Of a stretch of 64,000 nt of DNA, positions 40,420 through 51,458 are shown one piece after another; within the stretch, counting starts at the first letter, position 1, and the number at the start of each line of letters is the position of its first letter. Origin of the DNA: Candidatus Omnitrophota bacterium (GTDB lineage: Bacteria; Omnitrophota; Gorgyraeia; S143-82); the NCBI GenBank assembly GCA_015494585.1, contig WGAY01000006.1, positions 1,335 to 65,334 of the forward strand. The letters are read 5' to 3'. The notes under the pieces were generated by a model that saw only the letters and a program-made list of their open reading frames with translations, ran no database searches and was not told the DNA's origin. The position numbers and the translations under genes were made by a program.

Positions 40420-43400
40420 TCAGTTCAATGTCAGCATACTGTTTACGTCCATACCAATCCAGATACCGCCGGGTTTCTTTACCTCTCCATTGGCAGGATT
40501 ATTCCCGCCTTCAAACTCCCCGCGCTTTTCAGCCATGTCTTGCCTGATAATCTCCTCTTCTCTTTTATCTATCTCTCTTGCGACCTTTTTTATGTTACCC
40601 AAGCCCAATGGCCCTAAAGGACCATTAGTATCGCTATCCCCACCCTCATCATCTCCGTTTTTAAGCCCAACCATTGCTGATGTGGGGTGGATAACAAACT
40701 CTATAGTTTTACCGTTTTTCTCGGGCTGGTTCCATCTGCCAGATGTAGTAACGGCTTTTACTGTAATATCCCGGCCTTCTCTCTGAGCTAAATGCTTTAA
40801 ATAGAGGAAATATATAATGCTTTTATATTCCCTTGAATCTGTGGACAACATATTTTCTGAAACCAAAATATCCAAAGCAAGCTTGAGGACATAGTCTAAA
40901 GGCAAGGATTTTATATTAACTCTTTGTGTGATCTTTTCCATAACTATAGAAAATAGAGCGGGGAATATCTCATTAAGCCTTTGATTTGGTGAATACTCAA
41001 ACAAAGTATTAATAACAAAGTCTATAACTTGCTCTTGCGCAACAACTCCCTTTTTATCCATATCAGCCAGCGCAGGCAGAACATTGGCAGGAACTGCCCA
41101 TTCTTCTTTTTCTATCCCTAATGTTAGGTCATAGTCACGCTCTTTCCCCTTTTTCCCCTCTACATCCAATTCAAACTCGTGTAAATCATAGTCATCTGAC
41201 TTTAAGGCCTTTAAGACTGCCCATGCAGTTTCTTTTATGTATTGTTTATCAAGGCCTTCGCTATTATAGTGCATATTCTCTATATCCCTTGGTTCTATAG
41301 CCCTCCAACGATGCTCAAATACATAATCCATAACATCAGAAGGCGATGTCAACTTCTCCTCTGGAATTATTGCAGTGCCATATACCACATCTGTTTTATT
41401 AAACACCATTTCTGTTGCCTGGGCTACCTTGACCACGTCTTCGCTTGCGTCCGGATGGACGAGCAGAACCGGCATTGTATATTTATCCTTTGCCAGTGCC
41501 TCAAAGGAGTGGTGGTTGTAGTCAGGGCCGTCGTAGATGAATATTAACTTATCAGGAAATGCCTTATTCAGGCCATCTCTCAAAACGGCCTTTTGTTTTT
41601 TTGTATATGGCCCGTAAAGGACAACATCTATGAACGGCTTTTCCCTGAAACCATTTATCTTGTGTATGCTGGTAATGACCTGTTCAAGGATCATATCCCC
41701 TGGCCTTTGGGGCGTTTCAATCTTTTTCAGATTATCCTTATACAACTGGACATTGCCCTGTCCAAGGTAGTTTATCTGATTAAACGCGGAGAAATACGTA
41801 GCAAGCATATACATAAAGCCCATATTTTCATATAACTCATCTCCCGGGAGGTTTATAAACCTGAAACCGTTTTTCTCTAATAATTCCTTTCTCTCCTTTG
41901 AGAACTCGCCTTTTACAAGCACCTCTATCTTGGGCATTATCCCTCTTTCAGGCGCCTTGCCGCCGATAGACTCCTGCCATAGCTGTGTAAGCCATATCCT
42001 GAACGACTCAATCGCCTCGTCTGAAAGGTGTTGCCTTAATTTTTTCGGAATAACTATTGCCACCCTCGGGCCAACGCCTTCCAGATAAAGGATATTGCTC
42101 AATATAAATGCCTCTTTATATGCCCGCTTATTTATTGAATTGAAAGGATTGAATATAATCCCTCTCCAACGCTCGATCATGTTATAAACTCTGGAATAAA
42201 AACTAGAGAGGGCATCTTCATTATCCCTTTCCATCTCTACGAACCACAGATATTCCATTATCAGATACACGCCCGTCCATGGAGAACTAAATCTACCGCC
42301 AATGTCGGTCTTCTCGTCAGGCTGTAGAGGAAATGCCCTAATCTGTTTATCTATATCTTCATCTATCACCTTTCCTTCATTGCCTTTATCCACTAGCCAC
42401 AGGAAGTTTTTCTTTATAATCCTATTGCCTTCTGCTTCTCCTTTCTCCCTTGCAATATCTTTTAATATCCGTGCAATGGTATGGGTCTCATATGTAGTGC
42501 CGCTCTTTGATATCAGGACAACAGCTGTATCTTCCAGATCAACGTCCTTTTTCTTTAATGCCTTCTCTATAGCGGCCCTATCTGGCGTATCAAATGCAAG
42601 GACATTATCCAGCTTATATGCCTCTTTCATCAGCTTTACGCTGTTGATAGAGCCGCCCATCCCAACCACGATCACGTTTTTCTTGCCAGCTAATTTCTCT
42701 GCTATTGGCTCTATCCACTCTTCAATTACATAAAGCAGGCCCGGCCTTGCCCAGCCAAGACGGAAGTTTTCACCATCAAAGCCTATATTTTTAAACACAT
42801 TGTCTTCCTCTATATTATCCGGGTCTTTTATTGCATCCTTTAAATCATCCAAAATCTTTTCCTTAGAGCTAAATAATATCCCTCCTTTATTCTCTTCATA
42901 ATACCTTTCGAGCATCCTATTTAATGTATCAAATTCCCTGCCTTCAGGGGAAAACTCTTCTAAGAATCTGCGGATAATTTCTACCTCTGCAGTACTGTTT
43001 TCTGGATTTTCATTTATCTTATCCAATAAAGGATCTAAAAGGATCCCGAGGACATCGCCGCTACTTACACTGGTATCACCATCACCAAGATCATTAGTAT
43101 CATAATGTTCCACACCCTTTAAGAACTCAGATAATCCTGATAGACTGCTAAAGTCTATCTCTATCTTTTCCCCCTTTAAAGCAGCGGCATCAATTGCTGT
43201 TTTTAGCCTATCCATAAAAAAAGGCATAAAATCACCCTTGATCTTCCTCATAGCCTTCAAAAAGGCAACACGATTGTCATAATCATGAACAGGGTCATTC
43301 AAATATGCTTTCAATTCCTCCACATCTATATCATAATCCCACTTTACGGCTTCTGTTTTTGGATACCATTGCCCCGCTTGAGGGGTATACGTATGCCTTG

Positions 43401-44325
43401 TAACAAGTTCTGTAGCCTTAAGTCCTTCCAGCGTCGCTTTCTTATATTTCTCCCGCGCTGCCTTATCCATTTCTACATATTTCTTATTCTTCGGCTCTGC
43501 CTGCACCCCGCCGGTTATAAAGTCCTCATCTCCATTGCCATAATAGCTGGTGATATACCTATCCAAGTACTCCCTTACCACCCAGAAGTCTTTGGACTCG
43601 CCTATCTTTGAATAGCGCGTATCTGCAAGGCTTGACAGCTCTCCCTTGACCTTCGAGCGCTTTTTATACCAGTCAGCAAGAATAACCGCTGATATCGCCC
43701 TGCGCAGGGCGCTAAATTCAGCGCTGTTGTTTATCGCCTTCTCTATACCAGGGATGACATAATCCTGAAATATCTTTGCCATAGCAGGGTTATCCTCGCT
43801 AAACTCTACATTTACCCCGAGATGAAGTCTCTTTATCTCTGCGCTTGCCCTGTCCTTTGCCTCGGCTATCGTTACTGTCTCTGGCTGTATCCATACCCTG
43901 AATGCCGGCATTGTCCCATCTCCGTCATATACCTCCTCTATTGCCTCTGCGACCTCATCACCGGACAGGGCCTGTTTTACCATCTCTTTTAGCTTGATAT
44001 CCGCATCTAAAAACACCTTTGCCAGCTCTGTTCCCATAAGGTTGGGAGAGACCACATTCTCAGGCATATTGTATATATTTAAGTCAACCATTATCTCCTC
44101 TATCGGGAAGGCTATCCCTGTAAGGAAAAACTTCATATCTCGGCCTGCTATATCCTTATCCACGTCCTTATCCCCAAACAACAGGGAAAATCCGCCCATC
44201 TTATCCAAGTTTACGCCAACTACGCCTGGATTAGCGGTTATCACCTGGGCAAAACCCGATGGCAGAGATAGCTGGACAATCAGAACCAAAACCAACCCTA
44301 ATCTCATCAGCCTTTCCATTCCCAT
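40420..44325 (-). CDS. Large (~1300 aa) signal-peptide protein with an internal glucose-6-phosphate isomerase-like (SIS) domain
   Basis: Signal peptide ...LVLVLIVQLSLPSGFA-Q. PGI motifs RLGW, GMGGS, SKSGTT.ET, GGRFS, QLWQESIG, NVQLYK, GPDYNHHS. ATG at 44325 lies 6 nt after RBS CAGGAGG. Confidence 0.8.
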   Translation of the reverse strand: MGMERLMRLGLVLVLIVQLSLPSGFAQVITANPGVVGVNLDKMGGFSLLFGDKDVDKDIAGRDMKFFLTGIAFPIEEIMVDLNIYNMPENVVSPNLMGTELAKVFLDADIKLKEMVKQALSGDEVAEAIEEVYDGDGTMPAFRVWIQPETVTIAEAKDRASAEIKRLHLGVNVEFSEDNPAMAKIFQDYVIPGIEKAINNSAEFSALRRAISAVILADWYKKRSKVKGELSSLADTRYSKIGESKDFWVVREYLDRYITSYYGNGDEDFITGGVQAEPKNKKYVEMDKAAREKYKKATLEGLKATELVTRHTYTPQAGQWYPKTEAVKWDYDIDVEELKAYLNDPVHDYDNRVAFLKAMRKIKGDFMPFFMDRLKTAIDAAALKGEKIEIDFSSLSGLSEFLKGVEHYDTNDLGDGDTSVSSGDVLGILLDPLLDKINENPENSTAEVEIIRRFLEEFSPEGREFDTLNRMLERYYEENKGGILFSSKEKILDDLKDAIKDPDNIEEDNVFKNIGFDGENFRLGWARPGLLYVIEEWIEPIAEKLAGKKNVIVVGMGGSINSVKLMKEAYKLDNVLAFDTPDRAAIEKALKKKDVDLEDTAVVLISKSGTTYETHTIARILKDIAREKGEAEGNRIIKKNFLWLVDKGNEGKVIDEDIDKQIRAFPLQPDEKTDIGGRFSSPWTGVYLIMEYLWFVEMERDNEDALSSFYSRVYNMIERWRGIIFNPFNSINKRAYKEAFILSNILYLEGVGPRVAIVIPKKLRQHLSDEAIESFRIWLTQLWQESIGGKAPERGIMPKIEVLVKGEFSKERKELLEKNGFRFINLPGDELYENMGFMYMLATYFSAFNQINYLGQGNVQLYKDNLKKIETPQRPGDMILEQVITSIHKINGFREKPFIDVVLYGPYTKKQKAVLRDGLNKAFPDKLIFIYDGPDYNHHSFEALAKDKYTMPVLLVHPDASEDVVKVAQATEMVFNKTDVVYGTAIIPEEKLTSPSDVMDYVFEHRWRAIEPRDIENMHYNSEGLDKQYIKETAWAVLKALKSDDYDLHEFELDVEGKKGKERDYDLTLGIEKEEWAVPANVLPALADMDKKGVVAQEQVIDFVINTLFEYSPNQRLNEIFPALFSIVMEKITQRVNIKSLPLDYVLKLALDILVSENMLSTDSREYKSIIYFLYLKHLAQREGRDITVKAVTTSGRWNQPEKNGKTIEFVIHPTSAMVGLKNGDDEGGDSDTNGPLGPLGLGNIKKVAREIDKREEEIIRQDMAEKRGEFEGGNNPANGEVKKPGGIWIGMDVNSMLTLN

Positions 44326-44383
44326 TTTCAACCTCCTGGTTAACGCCTATACTTTCAAAACTCTAGAGAAATAACTTTGAAAG

Positions 44384-44412
44384 ATTTTAAAGTAAATTTA
44401 AAAACTGGTCAA
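44384..44412 (-). promoter_or_regulatory. Sigma70-type promoter TTGACC-17-TAAAAT for the large protein gene
   Basis: TTGACC at 44412-44407, TAAAAT at 44389-44384; inverted repeat CTTTCAAA..TTTGAAAG (44352-44383) immediately downstream. Confidence 0.55.
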
Positions 44413-44507
44413 GCAAAATTATGCCTACATCATACATACATAAACATAAATAAAACATCAGCGTTAATTGGAGACTGAATATATACTGGATAGTCCTAAG
44501 CAGGTAT

Positions 44508-44741
44508 TTATTCTGGATCTATCTCGGCCAGGAGCATATCTTCTCCAAGGACATCTCCTTCTCCTTTATATATTCTGGAAAGCCGACCCTTGATTGGTGA
44601 GGGAACTACAAAAGAGGCCTTATCAGTTACCAGTTCTACCAGGTCCTGGTCCTTATCCACCATATCCCCTTCTTTAACAAACCACTCAACTATCTTCGCC
44701 TCAAATAAATCCTCGCCTATTTCCGGCACCTTTAATTCCAT
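44508..44741 (-). CDS. Stand-alone lipoyl-carrier domain protein
   Basis: MELKVPEIGE..W.VKEGD.V....LVELVTDKA..VPSP..G; 77 aa from the ATG after an RBS. Confidence 0.85.
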   Translation of the reverse strand: MELKVPEIGEDLFEAKIVEWFVKEGDMVDKDQDLVELVTDKASFVVPSPIKGRLSRIYKGEGDVLGEDMLLAEIDPE

Positions 44742-44755
44742 ATTCCTCTCCCCTG

Positions 44756-45523
44756 TCAAAAGACGAAGTAAAAAATCGTACTCAACACCCAATCAGCAGC
44801 AATTATAGTGATGAAGGACAGGACAACCGACCGCATCGTCGCTGCCCCAACTCCTTCAGCGCCCCCTGATGCATTCAGGCCCTCCTCACAGCTTATCATA
44901 GCAATTATCACTGCAAATGTAATCGATTTCACGAGTGATATCACCAGGTCTTTGAACATAATCGAACTAAAGGCCGTATTTATATATATCTGGGAGGGGA
45001 TAGAAAGGTTGTAGACACAGACATAATAGCCTCCCATTATGCCAATCATATTCGCTATTATGACAAGTACAGGAAGACCTACAAGAAATGCCACAAATCT
45101 AGGTACTACCAGATACTTTATTGGATTTACCGCCAGGGCCCTCAAGGCATCTATCTGCTCGGTTATCCTCATACTGGCTATCTCAGCGGTTACCGCACCG
45201 CCTGCCCTCCCAGCAACCACCAGCGCAGTAAGGACAGGGCCAAGTTCCCTGACTAGTGAAAGGGCAACCAGGGAGGATATATACATCTCTGCCGAGACCT
45301 TTTGCATCTGATAGGCAGTCTGGACGGCCATAATCATTCCAGTAAATAGGGCCACCAAGGAAACGATACCCAGGCTATCTATCCCAATCCTTACGAGTTG
45401 GTGTATAGCCTTGCCTGGTCCATAGGGTGGGACAAAGGCCCAGACTACTGTCTGGGAAAAGAGTATGACCAGACGTCCCAGATACTCAAACCAGCCGGAT
45501 ATGGCATCAAGCAGTCTCTTCAA
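44756..45523 (-). CDS. mlaE: MlaE family ABC transporter permease
   Basis: RELGPVLTALVVAGR, EQIDAL, YLVVPR, GGAEGVG; probable TTG start after GGAG. Confidence 0.9.
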   Translation of the reverse strand: MKRLLDAISGWFEYLGRLVILFSQTVVWAFVPPYGPGKAIHQLVRIGIDSLGIVSLVALFTGMIMAVQTAYQMQKVSAEMYISSLVALSLVRELGPVLTALVVAGRAGGAVTAEIASMRITEQIDALRALAVNPIKYLVVPRFVAFLVGLPVLVIIANMIGIMGGYYVCVYNLSIPSQIYINTAFSSIMFKDLVISLVKSITFAVIIAMISCEEGLNASGGAEGVGAATMRSVVLSFITIIAADWVLSTIFYFVF

Positions 45524-47981
45524 TCTTCTCCAATTCGCTCTGGGTCTGGGGGATAAAGCTAAGCTCATCCCTGCCTTCTTCCCTGACAAGACGGACCTTT
45601 TTCTTCTCTTTCAATGTCCCCTTTATTATCTCCTCTGCCAGGGGATCCTCGACATAGCGCTGTATGGTCCTCTTTAATGGGCGTGCACCGTATACAGGAT
45701 CGAATCCTTTGTCTATCAGAAAATCAAGTGCACTCTTATCCAAATCCAGTTCTATTCCGTGTTCCTGCACGCGTCTTAACACACCCTCTATCTCTATGTG
45801 TACTATCTTTTCAAGGTCATCCCTTGAAAGCGGCCTGAAGACAATTATCTCATCTATTCTATTGATAAATTCTGGTTTGAAGGCCTTTTTAACCTCTGAC
45901 ATCAGCTTGTCTTTTATGTCCTTATGGGTATCCTCCTCTTTAGGTACATGGAAGCCAAGAGAACCCTGTTTCTTGAGCAGGTTTGCTCCCACATTAGAGG
46001 TCATTATAAGTATAGTATTACGGAAATCGACCTTCCTGCCGTAGCTATCTGTAAGCCTGCCGTCCTCCAGGACCTGCAACAGGAGATTGAACACATCCGG
46101 ATGGGCCTTCTCTATTTCATCTAAAAGGACCACAGAATAGGGACGCCTTCGCACCTTCTCCGTCAGCTGGCCACCTTCTTCGTAACCAACATAGCCAGGA
46201 GGCGCACCTACCAGACGCGAGACATTGAACTTTTCCATATATTCAGACATATCTATCTGTACCAGTGCATCTTCGTCCCCGAACATAAATTCCGCCAAGG
46301 CACGCGCCAGGAGGGTCTTTCCAACACCTGTCGGTCCCAGAAATATAAAGGAACCGATTGGCCTGCGTGGGTCCTTTATACCGGCCCGAGAGCGCCTTAC
46401 TGCCCTGGCTATGGCAGAGATGGCCTCGTCCTGACCAATTACCCTTCGCTTGAGTTCTTCCTCTATCTTCATAAGCTTTTCGCTTTCTGTTTCCTCCAAT
46501 TTGGTTAGAGGTATACCAGTCCACTGAGAGACTACCTGGGCAATATCTTCGGCCGTTACCTCTACCACTGCCTCGGCCTTCCTGGCCTCCCATTGTCTCC
46601 TAGCCTCCTCTAACCTATTACGGGCATCCTTTTCCATATCCCTTATCTTGGCGGCCTCCTCGAAATTCTGCTGGGATATATATTCTTCCTTTTTCTTTTT
46701 CAAAGACTCTACCTCTCTCTCTAGATCCACAATTTCTTCTGGGACAGTCATAACCGACAGCTTCGCCTTGGCACCTGCCTCATCTATCAGGTCTATTGCC
46801 TTATCTGGCAGGGCCCGTCCTGTTATGTACTTATCAGATAGCACAGCCGCTGCCTCCAGGGCCTCGTCCAAATATTTTATCTTGTGGTGTTCTTCATACT
46901 TTAGTTTCAACCCCTTTAGGATCTCTATTGTCTCCTCTACAGTCGGAGGGTCAACCACTATGGTCTGGAACCTCCGTTCCAATGCAGCATCCTTTTCTAT
47001 GTATTTACGATACTCATCAAAGGTGGTAGCTCCAATACACTGTATCTCCCCACGCGCAAGGGCCGGTTTTAATATATTTGAGGCATCTATTGCCCCTTCT
47101 GCCGCACCCGCACCCACCAAAGTATGCAGCTCATCGATAAATATTATTATATTTTCTGATTTTTTTATCTCATCCATTACTGCCTTTATCCTCTCCTCAA
47201 ACTGCCCCCTATACTTGGTGCCAGCAACCATCAGGGCCAGATCAAGGACGATAATCCGTTTATTATGTAAAACTTCCGGAATATTGCCCTCCACAATCCT
47301 CTGGGCAAGTCCCTCCACTATAGCGGTCTTACCAACTCCTGCTTCTCCAAGCAATACGGGATTGTTTTTTGTCCTGCGGGAAAGTATCTGGATAACCCGC
47401 TCTATCTCCTTTTTTCTGCCTATAACTGGATCAAGCTTATTTTCTTTGGCCAATGCAGTAAGGTCACGGCCAAATGCATCAAGTGCAGGTGTCTTTGACT
47501 TTTGCTGGCCCTGGCCTTGCTGGGCACTTGAAGGTCCGGGTATCCCCGCTCCCAAAAGATTCATCACCTCGGTCCTTACGCGATCTATGGTAAGCCCAAA
47601 TCCTTGCAGAACCTGGGCAGCTATTCCTTCCCCTTCTCTAATGAGCCCTAACAAGAGATGCTCCGTACCGATGTAATTATGTCCCATTGCCCGGGCCTCT
47701 TCTCCAGCAAGCTCAAGGGCCTTCTTGGCACGAGGGGTAAACGGAATCTCTCCGGACTTGCCTGTATCAACACCAGGTTCAACGAGCTTCTCTATCTCTT
47801 TTCTCACCTTTTCAAAGTTAAGATCTGCCCTGTGCAATACAGCCGCAGCTACTCCTTCTCCTTCTTTCAATATTCCAAGCAACAGGTGTTCGGTGGCTAT
47901 GTAATCATGATGCAACCGTCTTGCCTCTTCTTTAGCAAATATAATAACCTTACGCGCGCGTTCCGTAAATCTATTAAACAT
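45507..47981 (-). CDS. clpC: ATP-dependent Clp protease ATPase ClpC
   Basis: Clp N-domain repeats, two AAA+ modules ([16 protein letters not shown]), UVR linker, LGF ClpP-docking loop. Confidence 0.96.
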   Translation of the reverse strand: MFNRFTERARKVIIFAKEEARRLHHDYIATEHLLLGILKEGEGVAAAVLHRADLNFEKVRKEIEKLVEPGVDTGKSGEIPFTPRAKKALELAGEEARAMGHNYIGTEHLLLGLIREGEGIAAQVLQGFGLTIDRVRTEVMNLLGAGIPGPSSAQQGQGQQKSKTPALDAFGRDLTALAKENKLDPVIGRKKEIERVIQILSRRTKNNPVLLGEAGVGKTAIVEGLAQRIVEGNIPEVLHNKRIIVLDLALMVAGTKYRGQFEERIKAVMDEIKKSENIIIFIDELHTLVGAGAAEGAIDASNILKPALARGEIQCIGATTFDEYRKYIEKDAALERRFQTIVVDPPTVEETIEILKGLKLKYEEHHKIKYLDEALEAAAVLSDKYITGRALPDKAIDLIDEAGAKAKLSVMTVPEEIVDLEREVESLKKKKEEYISQQNFEEAAKIRDMEKDARNRLEEARRQWEARKAEAVVEVTAEDIAQVVSQWTGIPLTKLEETESEKLMKIEEELKRRVIGQDEAISAIARAVRRSRAGIKDPRRPIGSFIFLGPTGVGKTLLARALAEFMFGDEDALVQIDMSEYMEKFNVSRLVGAPPGYVGYEEGGQLTEKVRRRPYSVVLLDEIEKAHPDVFNLLLQVLEDGRLTDSYGRKVDFRNTILIMTSNVGANLLKKQGSLGFHVPKEEDTHKDIKDKLMSEVKKAFKPEFINRIDEIIVFRPLSRDDLEKIVHIEIEGVLRRVQEHGIELDLDKSALDFLIDKGFDPVYGARPLKRTIQRYVEDPLAEEIIKGTLKEKKKVRLVREEGRDELSFIPQTQSELEKIEETA

Positions 47982-49101
47982 TTCCTCTCTCCTCCCTGTC
48001 GAGGTCAGGGCTATGCCCCTGTTTGTTCAACCGATTTCTTAATATGTTTGCCCGTTTCACATCCCTCTGCCTGGTAGATAGTTTCCTGCCGCTTATCTTC
48101 TGCAGATGGGCTGGTTGTATTATTATAAATAAATCGTTTATTAGTTTCAATTCAAGCCCTTTTATCATACCAAGACTGCTGCCAAGTCTCAACATCGAAA
48201 GATATTCTAGGGCCTCTGCACTGTTCATTATACGGGCGTTCTTCAAAAGTCCATAGGCCCGCCATATCCGGTCCTCGAGCATAACGCGCGATGTACGCAT
48301 AATCTTCTCCCTGGCATGTGTCTCCTGGTCTATTATCTGACCGGCAATTCGCTTGATATTCTCTATCAACTCTGTCTCTGAATAGCCCAGACAAGCCTGA
48401 TTGGATATCTGAAATATGTTGCCCATTGCCTGCGTGCCTTCGCCATAAAGGCCCCTTGCAGTAAAATTAAGTTGGGAAATAGTCTGCAGGACTCGGTTTA
48501 TTTGTTTGGTAATTACCAGGGCAGGCAGATGCATCATCAGAGACCCCCGCATAGCTGTGCCTGTATTGGTCGGACAGGATGTCAGGAACCCTAGATCAGG
48601 AGAAAAGGCGAATTCCAGCACTTGAGACAACTTATCGTCCAGTTCATTCATCTCTGCCCAGGCCCTATCTAGGTCAAATCCTCCCACAACCACCTGCATA
48701 CGCATATGGTCTTCTTCATTTATCATCATAGAAACACCCTCATCTGGGGTCAAGGCTATCGCCTTGCCAGGTCCTTCGACCGTGTGCTCGTAACTGATAA
48801 GGTGTCTCTCCACCAGAAACTGGCGATCTAGCTCGTTTATATCCTCCATATTTATAAACCATCTATCTTTGAAAATCTCAATGTCCGATAGGGCAGAATA
48901 TATCTCCTCTCTGACTTTATTCAGAGTAGCCTCGTCAGCCCTGTGGGGAAAAGGATAACTGGCAAGGTTTCTCGCTAAACGAATACGGCTGGAGATAACA
49001 ATATCTGAACCATATACCGGTTCAAGCCACCGACTCCGGCTCGACAATAAATTGGCTATAATCTCTTTTGCTGAAAGACCACTCTGCGTATTCATCTCCA
49101 T
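47974..49101 (-). CDS. mcsB: Protein-arginine kinase McsB
   Basis: SSRIRLARN, ERHLIS, INEEDH, TSCPTNTGT, RGLYGEG, FQISNQ. Confidence 0.94.
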   Translation of the reverse strand: MEMNTQSGLSAKEIIANLLSSRSRWLEPVYGSDIVISSRIRLARNLASYPFPHRADEATLNKVREEIYSALSDIEIFKDRWFINMEDINELDRQFLVERHLISYEHTVEGPGKAIALTPDEGVSMMINEEDHMRMQVVVGGFDLDRAWAEMNELDDKLSQVLEFAFSPDLGFLTSCPTNTGTAMRGSLMMHLPALVITKQINRVLQTISQLNFTARGLYGEGTQAMGNIFQISNQACLGYSETELIENIKRIAGQIIDQETHAREKIMRTSRVMLEDRIWRAYGLLKNARIMNSAEALEYLSMLRLGSSLGMIKGLELKLINDLFIIIQPAHLQKISGRKLSTRQRDVKRANILRNRLNKQGHSPDLDREERGNV

Positions 49102-49104
49102 CCT

Positions 49105-49596
49105 TTACTGTGCAGGCTCACTCTCCAAGGCCCTTATCTCATCCCGAATCCTGGCGGCCTCTTCAAAGGCCTCCTCTTCTATTGCCTTGTGCAAGGCCTT
49201 CTTTAATTCCAACAGGCGCATTTGTCTCTCTATAGAACTTGGGATTTTTTTCGGCTGTTTTCCCATGTGTTCATTGGAGCCATGGATGTTACGAAGCAAA
49301 GAAACCAGGGCGTCCTTAAAGGCAGTATAGCACTGACTACAGCCAAGTCTGCCTATCTTTCGAAAATCCCTATAGCTAAGCCCACAAGAGGGACAAACAG
49401 CAGGATTTCCCTTGTCCACTGTCTTTTTCTCAGGCGCAATTCCTCCCAGAAAGACCTGAAAACCCATCGGCACCTGCATCTGGGCAGCTTTTTCTTGAGC
49501 ACAAGATTCACATATATGCATCTCAACAACCTTACCGTTTACGATCTCGGTCAAATGCACCGTTGCCTCTGCCTTATTGCATATATCGCACAGCAT
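49105..49596 (-). CDS. mcsA: McsA activator (CxxC motifs + UVR domain)
   Basis: CDIC, CESC, CPSC, GRLGCSQCY, HG..H.GK.P, EEAARIRDEI. Confidence 0.93.
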   Translation of the reverse strand: MLCDICNKAEATVHLTEIVNGKVVEMHICESCAQEKAAQMQVPMGFQVFLGGIAPEKKTVDKGNPAVCPSCGLSYRDFRKIGRLGCSQCYTAFKDALVSLLRNIHGSNEHMGKQPKKIPSSIERQMRLLELKKALHKAIEEEAFEEAARIRDEIRALESEPAQ

Positions 49597-49614
49597 AAGT
49601 TTCTCCATTCTAAA

Positions 49615-50742
49615 TCAGGCAAATAGCACCGCCTCAGCCGCTGCTATTGCCCCATCTTTAACCTTATAGCCCATCTTCTTCAAGACGACCTCAATACAGG
49701 ATAGCCCCACGATTATATCAAACTCCTCTATCCATCCCATATGGGCCATCCTAAATATCTTTCCCTTGAGCTGGGCCTGTCCACCCGCCATAGTTACGCC
49801 ATACTCGTCGCGCATCGTCTTTACGAACTTTACCCCATCTATACCATCCGGCACCTTTACCGCAGTAACCCCATTACTGGGGGCAGTCGCAAATAATTCC
49901 AGGCCCATTGCCTTAACGCCTGCACGGGTCGCCTCTGCCATACGTCTATATCTATTCCACATATTTTCAATCCCATTGCTCTTATAGTAATTTACTACCT
50001 CTCTTAAGGCAACGATGAGAGAGACTGCAGAGGTATAAGGCGTATCTGGCTTCTCTCCTGCCTTCCTATATTTCCTCAAGTCCAGATAATAACGGCCAGA
50101 TTTAGAGGCCTCTACCCACTTCCAGGCACGCTTGGAAAGTGCAATGAATGCCAGACCTGGCGGAAGCATTAGCCCTTTCTGAGAACCAGAGACTACCACA
50201 TCCACTCCCCACTCATCCATTAAGAGGGGAGAGACGCCCATTGAGGATATGGCATCGACCACCAATAGGGTATCAGATGCAGAGGTTATTTTGGCAATAG
50301 ATTCCACATCCGTATCAATACCTGTCGAGGTCTCACAATGCGTGATAAATATTGCCTTCGCCTCTGGATTGGCCTTTAAGGCAGACTCTATCTCCTCGGG
50401 AGCAACTGCCTGCCCCCATGGAACCTGTATAGAGATCACCTCCATTCCATAGGAGGCGGCTATCTCACGCCACCTTTCCCCGAACTTGCCCCCCTCAACC
50501 ACTATCACCTTATCACCTGGAGAGGCGACATTGGCAACCGCTGCCTCCATTGCCCCTGTACCAGAAGAGGAGATTATGTATACTGTCTCTTTAGTCTGGA
50601 ATATGTACTTCAATCCCTCCATAGCCTCTTTGAGTATCTGCTGAAACTGAGGGGTCCTGTGATGTATGATTGGCCTGGACAGGGCCTCTCTTACAAAATC
50701 TGGTATGGGTGTGGGTCCTGGTGTGAGTATATAATTCTTCAT
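49615..50742 (-). CDS. Class V PLP aminotransferase (serine/alanine-glyoxylate family)
   Basis: [37 protein letters not shown]. Confidence 0.9.
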   Translation of the reverse strand: MKNYILTPGPTPIPDFVREALSRPIIHHRTPQFQQILKEAMEGLKYIFQTKETVYIISSSGTGAMEAAVANVASPGDKVIVVEGGKFGERWREIAASYGMEVISIQVPWGQAVAPEEIESALKANPEAKAIFITHCETSTGIDTDVESIAKITSASDTLLVVDAISSMGVSPLLMDEWGVDVVVSGSQKGLMLPPGLAFIALSKRAWKWVEASKSGRYYLDLRKYRKAGEKPDTPYTSAVSLIVALREVVNYYKSNGIENMWNRYRRMAEATRAGVKAMGLELFATAPSNGVTAVKVPDGIDGVKFVKTMRDEYGVTMAGGQAQLKGKIFRMAHMGWIEEFDIIVGLSCIEVVLKKMGYKVKDGAIAAAEAVLFA

Positions 50743-51374
50743 TTTTCCTGGCCTCCTATGGGTTTTAATTCTATTACAGCATCTACTAATCCGTAATCCC
50801 TGGCCTCCTCGGCAGACATAAAATAATCCCGATCGGTATCTTTTTCTATCTCTTCAACTGCCTTTCCAGTATGAAGTGCTAGTATCTTGTTTAGTCTCTC
50901 TTTCAACTTCAGTATCTCCTTTGCCTGTATAGATATATCTGCTGCCGTACCCTGAACGCCGCCCCAGGGTTGATGAATCATAATACGCGAATTAGGCAAG
51001 GCATATCTCTTGCCTTTGGTACCAGCTGCAAGCAACACGGCACCCATACTGGCCGCTTGACCTATACAGTAAGTGCAGACATCTGGCTTTACAAAACGCA
51101 TTGTATCGTATATCGCTAGGCCACTGGTTACCGACCCTCCCGGAGAATTGATGTAGACATTTATATCCCTCTCTGCATCCTGCATCTGAAGGAACAACAA
51201 TTGTGCTATCACTAGGTTGGCAACATTGTCGTCAATAGCCGTCCCTATAAAAACTATCCTATCCTTCAGGAGTCTGGAGTAAATATCATAGGCCCTCTCG
51301 AATCTGCCCTCCTGCTCGACCACCATAGGCACAATATAGTTATTAACAAAGCTATCTACTGCCTTATTATCCAT
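50739..51374 (-). CDS. clpP: ATP-dependent Clp protease proteolytic subunit
   Basis: [33 protein letters not shown]. Confidence 0.97.
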   Translation of the reverse strand: MDNKAVDSFVNNYIVPMVVEQEGRFERAYDIYSRLLKDRIVFIGTAIDDNVANLVIAQLLFLQMQDAERDINVYINSPGGSVTSGLAIYDTMRFVKPDVCTYCIGQAASMGAVLLAAGTKGKRYALPNSRIMIHQPWGGVQGTAADISIQAKEILKLKERLNKILALHTGKAVEEIEKDTDRDYFMSAEEARDYGLVDAVIELKPIGGQEK

Positions 51375-51458
51375 ATGCAACCTCCCATTTACAATTGCCA
51401 GTATTAACCTAATATTTTAAAAGAAATAATCGCCTTTGATAAGTAAAAAAGATTTAAT

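Noticed and set aside
46648-47676. 342-aa + strand ORF
   Set aside because: Antisense shadow of clpC, Ser/Ile-rich with no motifs. The other + strand ORFs inside minus-strand genes were rejected for the same reason.
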